NCBI GenBank assembly: GCA_002331145.1
Contig: DCYT01000001.1
Location: 1-50,959, forward strand
Source: Candidatus Minusculum obligatum
GTDB lineage: Bacteria; Patescibacteriota; Minisyncoccia; Phycocordibacterales; Phycocordibacteraceae
Length of the DNA stretch: 50,959 nt
Reading direction: 5' to 3'
This document shows positions 17,735-24,870 of this stretch, one piece after another. The first letter of the stretch is position 1. Each line of letters begins with the position of its first letter. Below the pieces are notes generated by a model. That model made no database searches. It worked only from the letters and a program-made list of their open reading frames with translations, and was not told the DNA's origin. Made by a program: the position numbers and the translations under genes.

Positions 17735-18620
17735 GGAACATACATCGGTGCTCTTACAAGAAGTTCTTGACGGACTTGCTGTTGAGAAGAACTCGGTTGT
17801 GGTTGATGCGACAGTTGGAGGTGCAGGTCACCTAAGGGAATTTGCAGATTTGCTTTCTGAAGAAGGTTTGTTGATTGGAATAGATGCAGATCCTGCAGCT
17901 CTAGAGAGGGCAGAGGAAGCACTTCCAACAACTAAAGCAACATTGCTACTCATCCCTGGAAACTTTAGAGACATTCGAGACCATTTAGAAGGTCGAGAAG
18001 TAACAGAAGTGACACATGTACTGTTTGATCTTGGCTGGAGTGGATTTCAACTAACTGCAGGAAGAGGATTCTCTTTCTTGGTGGACGAACCACTTTTGAT
18101 GACCTATGGAACTCCAGGAGAAGAAACTCTTACTGCCAAAGATATCGTAAATACTCTCGACGAGGATAAGATTGCAGACATTATCTTTGCATACGGAGAA
18201 GAGCGGTTTGCTCGACGTATCGCAAAAGCAATTGTTTCTTCAAGAGAAGAGAAAGAGATAGAGACAACAAAGGAACTAGCAGCAATCGTAAAGCACGCAG
18301 TTCCAGTTTGGTATCGGCACCGAAAAGCCCATCCTGCAACAAAGACATTCCAAGCACTAAGGATTGCAGTAAATGATGAGCTAGATGCACTTCGGGACGG
18401 ACTTGAGGGAGCTGTAAAGGTTTTGGCTCCAGGTGGAAAGATTGCAGTAATCACATTCCACAGTATCGAGGATCGAATCGTAAAGCGTTTCTTTGAAAGC
18501 TTGCAAAGGGATGGAATAGGAAAACCACTTACCAAAAAACCAATTGCACCAAGTAAAGAAGAGCTTGTAGAGAATCCTCGAGCACGAAGCGCCAAACTTA
18601 GGGTATTTGTAAAATCATGA
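17646..18620 (+). CDS. rsmH: 16S rRNA (cytosine1402-N4)-methyltransferase RsmH
   Basis: HTSVLLQEV, DATVGGAGH, DLG.S..Q and FHSIEDRIVK. The true start is uncertain (candidates at 17646, 17688 and TTG 17721), because the track ORF overlaps mraZ by 89 nt. Confidence 0.85.
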   Translation: MKMNGKPTKQVLNKMQTNSQRNSERLASSEEHTSVLLQEVLDGLAVEKNSVVVDATVGGAGHLREFADLLSEEGLLIGIDADPAALERAEEALPTTKATLLLIPGNFRDIRDHLEGREVTEVTHVLFDLGWSGFQLTAGRGFSFLVDEPLLMTYGTPGEETLTAKDIVNTLDEDKIADIIFAYGEERFARRIAKAIVSSREEKEIETTKELAAIVKHAVPVWYRHRKAHPATKTFQALRIAVNDELDALRDGLEGAVKVLAPGGKIAVITFHSIEDRIVKRFFESLQRDGIGKPLTKKPIAPSKEELVENPRARSAKLRVFVKS

Positions 18621-18934
18621 AAAAAATTCTTGCAGTAACACATCCGACTGAAAAAAGAATTCTTGCATCACTTGCAGTGGCATTTTTTGTACTAGTAGTA
18701 GCCTATATGTATCTTGTTGCAGCAACAGTTTTCCACGTAACTGCACGAAAGAACATTCAGTACCAATCACAAATTAGGGCAGCTCATGTAGCTGATCTAG
18801 AGTCAGAGTTCCTAAAAGAGAGTACTTCTATAGCACGAGCTGCTCGTGGAGAATCTGACCTCTCACCAGTGAAGAAAAAGCATTTTGTAAGAATTGCCCC
18901 AGGGCGTACACTTACACTATATGACGAGAGCTAA
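18617..18934 (+). CDS. FtsL-like small bitopic membrane protein
   Basis: 105 aa with a single TM helix followed by a short helical region. It occupies the ftsL slot between rsmH and ftsI, with an ATGA overlap. Confidence 0.5.
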   Translation: MKKILAVTHPTEKRILASLAVAFFVLVVAYMYLVAATVFHVTARKNIQYQSQIRAAHVADLESEFLKESTSIARAARGESDLSPVKKKHFVRIAPGRTLTLYDES

Positions 18935-20648
18935 GTTGCGTGCGCGACTGCGTATTGTAAGCATTTTCATTTTTCTTATAGTTGCTGTTTTTTTAATACG
19001 TCTGTATGTAGTGCAGGTAGTATACGGGGAAGAGTTTCGTGTGCGAGCTGAGCGGCAATACGTAAGTGCTCTTGTGGCTCCATTTGATAGAGGAAGTATT
19101 TTCTATACACGAAAGGATAAGTCACTCATTAGTGCGGCAACGCTTGAAAGTGGATTTACGCTTGCTATTAATCCAAAGGAGATAGGAGATCCAGATATTG
19201 CCTACGCGAAGCTTTCAGAGTTTGTGGAGATAACAGAAGATGCATTTTTGTACCGGGCAAATAAAGTAGATGATCCATATGAGGAAATTCTACATGAGGT
19301 AAAAGATGAGGTTGGGAGAGAGATTCTCGAAGCTGACATTCCAGGAGTTATTTTGGTACGTGATAGGTGGCGATATTATCCAGGAGATACACGAGCAGCA
19401 CACACTATTGGCTTTACTGCATATGATGAGAATCAGCTCGTAGGACGCTATGGGCTTGAGCGCTACTACGAAGATGTCTTGAACAGGCAAAGTAAGTCCT
19501 TGTATGTGAATTTCTTCGCAGAAGTGTTTGCAAACCTTGGAAGTATTATCTTTGATCGAGATAGTACTCGAGAGGGGCATCTCGTTACAACACTCGAGCC
19601 CACAGTACAAGGACAGCTAGAGGAAGTTATCACAGACCTGCATGATGAGTGGAATAGTAGAGAGACTGCAGGGATAATCATTAATCCAAAGACTGGTGCT
19701 ATTTATGCTATGGCATCGTACCCGACATTTGATCTTAATAAGTTTGAAGAGGCAAATGCTGAATACTATAAGAACCCTCTTGTAGCAAATGTCTATGAAT
19801 TTGGATCTATCTTTAAGCCCATTACTGTAACAGCAGGAATAGATAGTGGTGTTATTACCGAAGAGACAACGTATGTAGACAGAGGAAAGTTAACTGTAGA
19901 TGGGGCAACTATTTCAAACTTTGATGGAAAAGGACGAGGAGAGGTGTTGATTCAAGAAGTGTTAAGTCAGTCTTTGAATACTGGAGTAGCGTACATTGTG
20001 CAGGAAATGGGAACAGACAGATTTAGGTCATATCTAAAAAATCTACATGTCGGAGAGGAGACAGGAATTGATCTCCCAAATGAAGTAAAGGGTCTTACAA
20101 GCAACCTCGATTCTCCAAGGGAGCTTGAGTACATCACCGCATCTTTTGGACAGGGAATTGCCCTAACACCAATAGGTGCTGTTAGAGCACTTTCTGCTGT
20201 GGCAAATGGAGGAGTGCTCGTTCAGCCTCATGTTGGGAGAGAGATTCGTCATCCATCAGGACTTATTACAAAGCTTGGGTGGGGTCTTGATGAGCGAATC
20301 TTTAAAGAAGAGTCATCACAGATAGTTTCAAGAATGCTTACCAAGGTGGTAGATGAGGCTCTGCTTGATGGAACAGTAAAGATTGACTCTATGAGCGTTG
20401 CTGCAAAGACAGGAACAGCCCAAATTGCATCCCCTGATGGTGGGTATTATGAGGACAGGTACCTACATTCATTCTTTGGATACTTCCCATCGTATGATCC
20501 AGAGTTTTTGATCTTCTTGTATACGGTAGAGCCAAAGGAAGTTCGCTATGCTTCACAAACCCTCACCCATCCTTTTATAGACCTTGTAAGTTTCCTCACA
20601 AATTATTACGATGTAGAGCCTGACCGAATTTATGAAAACCTTCCTTAA
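18921..20648 (+). CDS. ftsI: division-type class B penicillin-binding protein (FtsI-like)
   Basis: TM anchor, then SxxK (GSIFKP), SxN (SLN) and KTGT (AAKTGTAQ). The preferred start is MTRAKLRARL at 18921; the track ORF starts at 18894. Confidence 0.85.
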   Translation: MTRAKLRARLRIVSIFIFLIVAVFLIRLYVVQVVYGEEFRVRAERQYVSALVAPFDRGSIFYTRKDKSLISAATLESGFTLAINPKEIGDPDIAYAKLSEFVEITEDAFLYRANKVDDPYEEILHEVKDEVGREILEADIPGVILVRDRWRYYPGDTRAAHTIGFTAYDENQLVGRYGLERYYEDVLNRQSKSLYVNFFAEVFANLGSIIFDRDSTREGHLVTTLEPTVQGQLEEVITDLHDEWNSRETAGIIINPKTGAIYAMASYPTFDLNKFEEANAEYYKNPLVANVYEFGSIFKPITVTAGIDSGVITEETTYVDRGKLTVDGATISNFDGKGRGEVLIQEVLSQSLNTGVAYIVQEMGTDRFRSYLKNLHVGEETGIDLPNEVKGLTSNLDSPRELEYITASFGQGIALTPIGAVRALSAVANGGVLVQPHVGREIRHPSGLITKLGWGLDERIFKEESSQIVSRMLTKVVDEALLDGTVKIDSMSVAAKTGTAQIASPDGGYYEDRYLHSFFGYFPSYDPEFLIFLYTVEPKEVRYASQTLTHPFIDLVSFLTNYYDVEPDRIYENLP

Positions 20649-21921
20649 ATCCATCATTGTTGCCATCACCACTCTCGAAGCAAAGATGGTGTTGAAGAAA
20701 TATAAACCAACGATTGTTGTGGTTACTGGAAGTGTTGGAAAGACCTCAATGAAAGATGCTGTTGCTCATGTATTGGAGCAACAGTTTTTTGTTCGCAAAA
20801 GCCAAAAAAGCTATAACTCTGAGACAGGAGTTCCTCTCACAATTTTGGGATGTGAGAATCCTTGGAACAGTCATGTTCTCTGGATGAAAGTAATTGTAGA
20901 GGGACTTCTCCTTATTTTTACACAAAACCACTATCCAAAAATTTTAGTATTAGAGGTTGGGGCAGATAAGCCAGGAGATGTAAAAGGAATGATGGATTGG
21001 ATTACACCTAACGTCGTTATTGTGACAAAACTTCCAAGTATTCCAGTTCATGTAGAGGCGTACGCTTCGCCAGACCAGACGCGAGAAGAAGAATTTTCTC
21101 CAGCACATGCGCTCGGAAGTGATGGAACGCTTATCTACAGCAAAGATGATGAGTTTGCAGCTGAGCTTGCAAAGGGAGTTGGCGCAAACGTTATAACGTA
21201 TGGGCTAAAAGAGGGTGCAGACATTGTTGGAGAGTACAAAGGCCTTGTCTACGATGGAAATGCTCCAAAAGGAATTTCCGCAGATATCATTCGGGACGGG
21301 AAGCGTGAGTGCGTGGTTGTAAATGGAGCAGCAGGGAAACATCAACTATATCCAGCTCTTGGTGCATATGCCACAGGACTTGTATTTGATCTTATCCCTA
21401 GTCAGATTTGTGAAGCAATTCAAGGATATACTCCTCCACAAGGTCGTATGAGAGTACATGAAGGAATTAAAAACACACTTCTTATTGATGACTCATACAA
21501 CGCATCTCCTGTAGCTATGATCGCAGCACTTGATACGCTTAATGAGATTCAGGCGGCAGGAGAGAAGATTGTAGTACTTGGAGATATGTTGGAGCTTGGA
21601 ACATTTTCAATGGATGAGCATATGCATGTGGGAAGGTATGCGGCAAAGAAAGCAGACTTGCTTGTAACGGTAGGGTTGCGGGCAAAAGGGATTGCAGATG
21701 GAGCAAATAAAGCTCGTATGGCAAAGAAGAATATGGTGCACTTTAATACATCAGAGGAGGCAGCAGAGTTTTTAATAGAAAAGGTAGAGAGTGGAGACGT
21801 GGTTTTGGTAAAAGGATCTCAAGGGGTACGAATGGAGAAAATAACAGAAGCACTTTTGCAAGATAAGAGTAGAGCTTCAGAGCTTCTGGTGCGACAAGAT
21901 GTTGAATGGAAAAAGCGTTAG
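20632..21921 (+). CDS. murF: UDP-N-acetylmuramoyl-tripeptide--D-alanyl-D-alanine ligase (Mur ligase family)
   Basis: P-loop VVTGSVGKTSMKD, DDSYNASP and the position after ftsI. Confidence 0.8.
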   Translation: MKTFLKSIIVAITTLEAKMVLKKYKPTIVVVTGSVGKTSMKDAVAHVLEQQFFVRKSQKSYNSETGVPLTILGCENPWNSHVLWMKVIVEGLLLIFTQNHYPKILVLEVGADKPGDVKGMMDWITPNVVIVTKLPSIPVHVEAYASPDQTREEEFSPAHALGSDGTLIYSKDDEFAAELAKGVGANVITYGLKEGADIVGEYKGLVYDGNAPKGISADIIRDGKRECVVVNGAAGKHQLYPALGAYATGLVFDLIPSQICEAIQGYTPPQGRMRVHEGIKNTLLIDDSYNASPVAMIAALDTLNEIQAAGEKIVVLGDMLELGTFSMDEHMHVGRYAAKKADLLVTVGLRAKGIADGANKARMAKKNMVHFNTSEEAAEFLIEKVESGDVVLVKGSQGVRMEKITEALLQDKSRASELLVRQDVEWKKR

Positions 21922-22003
21922 TGGTATGTTGATTTGGTCGCCGATTGGGCGATTTGATCTTTATGGGAAGGGTAGATAATGCCGAAAAAGGAAACACGTG
22001 AAG

Positions 22004-22196
22004 AAACGATGGCACGGCTTGGAGTCAAGAAGGACCTTGTCCTTGCGGGCCCTCCAGACTCGAGGAGACCGGTTGGAGGAGTTCTTGTTCCTTCTGGTCG
22101 CTCCGAATTTGACACCAGGATCACCAAACGCCGCTAATCGTTTGTTTTCAAACGGTTCCATAAACGCCACATTGCAGAAAGCAGTGTGGCGTTTTC
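22004..22196 (+). ncRNA. candidate structured RNA with closing helix and terminator, class unknown
   Basis: GC-rich intergenic stretch. Long-range helix AACGAT.GC..GGC.TTGG (22005-22024) pairs with CCAA..GCC.GC..ATCGTT (22123-22142), followed by a terminator at 22164-22196. One stem position is a U-G pair that is only valid on the plus strand. Confidence 0.4.
22164..22196 (+). terminator. intrinsic terminator
   Basis: ACGCCACATTGC-AGAAA-GCAGTGTGGCGT followed by TTTTC. Confidence 0.7.
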
Positions 22197-22234
22197 AAAT
22201 ATAAATTTCCATGGTATATTCCACGACACAAACA

Positions 22235-22309
22235 GGCCCTATCGTCTAGCGGCTAGGACATCGCCCTCTCACGGCGGAAACCGGGGTTCGATTCCCCGTA
22301 GGGTCACCA
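22235..22309 (+). tRNA. tRNA-Glu (anticodon CTC), CCA encoded
   Basis: GGCCCTA acceptor stem, GTCT/GGAC D-stem, anticodon stem UCGCC/GGCGG with loop CUCUCAC, T-arm CGGGG-TTCGATT-CCCCG, then TAGGGTC-A-CCA. Confidence 0.95.
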
Positions 22310-23795
22310 ATTTAGATGTATCAGCACCAGCCTTCTTATTTATCTCGAAAATAAGGGACATTTTAGTGGTTCCAAATTTTGCTCCATCAAAAGTGATTTT
22401 TTCAGGAAATAGCAGTTTTTGGAACCGTAGTCTATGTTCTGGTTGTTTTTCTAAATCTTTCCACGTTTTAGAACTGTCTCTAACAAAATCAAAACAAAAT
22501 GAGAGTGCCTCATCCATATTTAATTCTTCAAATTGCTTTTCTTTTAAAAGAGATTTATTAAGATGTATTCGTTTGTTTATAGATTCTTTTTGCTCTAAAA
22601 ATTCTATATCCTTATAAACTCCAGATCTGTGGAATTCGAATACTTTTTGTCTTTCGTCTTCTAGATTTGAAATATCTCTCCTCACTTTTTCATTTTCTTT
22701 ATCAAGTTTTTTAAAGTTGGATTGCCAGACATCTAATACAACAGCCTTGAAAGCTTCTTCATACTCTTTCTCTTTTGGAGCAACCGTTTCGAGGAAAGAT
22801 ATAAAATTTGCTTCAAACTTTTCTTTAGAGTGAGACTTTGCGTGAGGACAATTTTGTTTCTGGTGGTGGTAGTAAGGATATTTTTTTCCTTTTCTTCCTG
22901 TGGAAGAACTTCCCGTTAAGGTCACCTCGCAATGGTCACATTTAACAAACTTTCGCAAAGGAAACTCAGGGTTTTGTTTTAACCTAGGCCCGTCCCCATA
23001 CTTTCTATGTACTCCAGGCTGACATTTCCAAAATAGATCCTCACTAATAATTGGTTCAAAACTTCCTACAACTTCCATATCAAAAGCCTGTATCAATCCG
23101 TAGTAAATGTGGTTTTTAATTATCTTTTCTATAGATTGAGGATATAGTTTTTTCCCTGAAGATCCCACCAAACCTTTTTTATATAAAAGGTTAGATAATG
23201 ATTTAAAACTATGTACACCTTTCGACCACTCTTCGAATGCCATACGTATGTAAGGGGCTACAGAATCGTCTATAACAAGATTTCCGCCTTTTATTACACG
23301 CTTGTATCCCAAAGGAGCTTTCCATACCCATACGCCTGATTTTACGCGTTCCACCATACCGCCTTTACTGCGTGTGGCTCTAGTACTATTTTCAAACTCG
23401 GCAAAAAGAGCAAGCATTCCCTCTGAAAGCATTCCTACAGGACTATCATCCATATGCTCAGTTACTGATTGCAGACTTGTTCCATATTTTTTTAGAAAAC
23501 TTCTAGCAACAACGTGATCATTCTGATTTCTGGCAAACCTGTCAATCTTATAAACAAGAAAGAAGTCAATGGAATTCTTTTTCTTTGAACAATAACTTAT
23601 AGCTTCTTGAAATTTTGGTCTGTTAGCTGTTTTTGCTGATTCTCCTTCTTCAACAAAACACTTAAGAACCTGTATTCCTTTATGATCAGCATACTCTTTG
23701 CAAATTCTTTCTTGACTGCGTAGACTCGTTCCTTTTACTTGTTCAGCAGAAGACACACGGCAGTAGATAATTCCTGTTTTCTTTTGAGTATCCAT
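22269..23795 (-). CDS. large serine recombinase
   Basis: 508 aa. N-terminal resolvase domain with catalytic Ser (GIIYCRVSSAEQ), a recombinase domain, a zinc-ribbon-like C.HC...C and a C-terminal coiled coil. The last 41 nt of the ORF are antisense to the tRNA-Glu 3' half. Confidence 0.95.
   Translation of the reverse strand: MDTQKKTGIIYCRVSSAEQVKGTSLRSQERICKEYADHKGIQVLKCFVEEGESAKTANRPKFQEAISYCSKKKNSIDFFLVYKIDRFARNQNDHVVARSFLKKYGTSLQSVTEHMDDSPVGMLSEGMLALFAEFENSTRATRSKGGMVERVKSGVWVWKAPLGYKRVIKGGNLVIDDSVAPYIRMAFEEWSKGVHSFKSLSNLLYKKGLVGSSGKKLYPQSIEKIIKNHIYYGLIQAFDMEVVGSFEPIISEDLFWKCQPGVHRKYGDGPRLKQNPEFPLRKFVKCDHCEVTLTGSSSTGRKGKKYPYYHHQKQNCPHAKSHSKEKFEANFISFLETVAPKEKEYEEAFKAVVLDVWQSNFKKLDKENEKVRRDISNLEDERQKVFEFHRSGVYKDIEFLEQKESINKRIHLNKSLLKEKQFEELNMDEALSFCFDFVRDSSKTWKDLEKQPEHRLRFQKLLFPEKITFDGAKFGTTKMSLIFEINKKAGADTSKLVTLRGIEPRFPP
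22301..22314 (+). repeat. left att core copy (GGGTCACCAATTTA)
   Basis: Covers the last 9 nt of tRNA-Glu plus 5 nt. Matches 27102-27115 at 13 of 14 positions. Confidence 0.6.
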
Positions 23796-23798
23796 ATA

Positions 23799-23990
23799 TC
23801 AAACGATAGTATCTTTACTGTTTTTTGTGAATAACCCAAGGTTATCTTTGGAACCATATTTTTTCTCCCAATAGGTATCAAACATGAGTTGAGCCGCTTC
23901 GTAGAATGCATCACGAATAGCCGCAACATCTTTATCAGGAAGACGTTTCAAACTCTTATCTATTTTTCGTAATTTTTCTATCGAGAGCAT
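23799..23990 (-). CDS. hypothetical 63-aa protein co-transcribed with the recombinase
   Basis: The ORF ends 3 nt before the recombinase ATG. Helical, charged sequence (..DKDVAAIRDAFYEAAQLMFDTYWEKKYG..). Confidence 0.55.
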   Translation of the reverse strand: MLSIEKLRKIDKSLKRLPDKDVAAIRDAFYEAAQLMFDTYWEKKYGSKDNLGLFTKNSKDTIV

Positions 23991-24033
23991 ATAAGCAAAA
24001 AGCAGCCATCGATGACTGCCTCTGCTTACTTAA

Positions 24034-24081
24034 GAATTGGTAGCTCAATACACAGTGACTGTGTCATCGAATTACCAATTC
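24034..24081. repeat. nested inverted repeat
   Basis: Outer arms GAATTGGTA (24034-24042) and TACCAATTC (24073-24081) enclose the inner hairpin ACACAG-TGA-CTGTGT. Confidence 0.6.
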
Positions 24082-24433
24082 AATACAAACTTACTATTTA
24101 GATCTAAATTCATTTTTAGAGCGCAAGCTCAAGGTTTTGTCCTATTCTTATCATCACTGACGCAGATGCCTCGTTAGAACACGTAGACTAAGTAGTGTAA
24201 GTATCAATTGGGAGATTAATAAAGATTTCTCTTAAGTTCCATTAGAGAAAGTTTCTATTAACCCTATTAACTGTTTGATATTGTATCAGAGTAGTTACCT
24301 ACCCTAAAAGGGGACAAAAGGTGGATAGAGTTTGATACCTTAACAAATAGGCTTGGAAGGTATAGAATTAGCAAACAATTGAATACGCTCTTTAGGAGCA
24401 AGGCCTAACCCATTTTTGGTATGGCCCAAAATT

Positions 24434-24476
24434 CGCGTTCAACGTAAAAACCCCGTCATCCAGGGCGTTGAACGCG
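24434..24476. repeat. 11-bp perfect inverted repeat
   Basis: CGCGTTCAACG (24434-24444) and CGTTGAACGCG (24466-24476) with a 21-nt loop. It lies about 55 nt upstream of the 24532 ORF and is followed by the tandem AGGATCTT AGGATCTT (24497-24512). Confidence 0.6.
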
Positions 24477-24531
24477 TTGCAGAGGGAAACTTCTGTAGGA
24501 TCTTAGGATCTTCTGGTGGCGGGATTTTTGT

Positions 24532-24870
24532 ATGAAAATAAACTTAGATAAAATTGAGAAAAATCTAGAAGCCTATCAAGCTTTTATTAAAGAAAATACT
24601 ACTAGTGAGCACAGGCAAAAGAGGTGGGGGCTTACGCTAGATAAAGAAGAAAATAGAAAAAAGTTTCCAAGGGAATTTATAGATGAAATAGGTGTTGAGT
24701 TAGATCATGCTCAAATAAAAAGATTCTTCATGATGAGTGACGCAGAAAAATTTCTATGGGCTTATTGGAGTCAAAGAAATATAGCAAGGAAAAGTTTTGT
24801 ATGGGGGATGTATGGTCTAATCTTTTTTATTGTCATCATCCTTATCATCTTTGGCAACCTCTTCTTCTGA
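24532..24870 (+). CDS. hypothetical tail-anchored membrane protein
   Basis: 112 aa. A soluble charged N-terminal part with a single C-terminal TM helix (GMYGLIFFIVIILIIFGNLFF). The last 54 nt overlap the 3' end of the convergent ATPase gene. Confidence 0.5.
   Translation: MKINLDKIEKNLEAYQAFIKENTTSEHRQKRWGLTLDKEENRKKFPREFIDEIGVELDHAQIKRFFMMSDAEKFLWAYWSQRNIARKSFVWGMYGLIFFIVIILIIFGNLFF

Noticed and set aside
18104-18643. 179-aa minus-strand ORF.
   Set aside because: It is antisense to rsmH.
22055-22075. The string GAGGAGACCGG resembles the cobalamin riboswitch B12 box.
   Set aside because: I cannot find the other conserved cobalamin blocks (a GCCACUG-type strand, the GGUG..AAUCC..CCC core), and no cobalamin-related gene follows. 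I treat the RNA as unclassified.
21918-22204. Three mutually overlapping ORFs of about 68 aa in the murF-tRNA spacer.
   Set aside because: They have no RBS, Arg/Pro/Gly-rich improbable sequences, and overlap one another on both strands. The region has helices and a terminator, so it is better explained as structured RNA.
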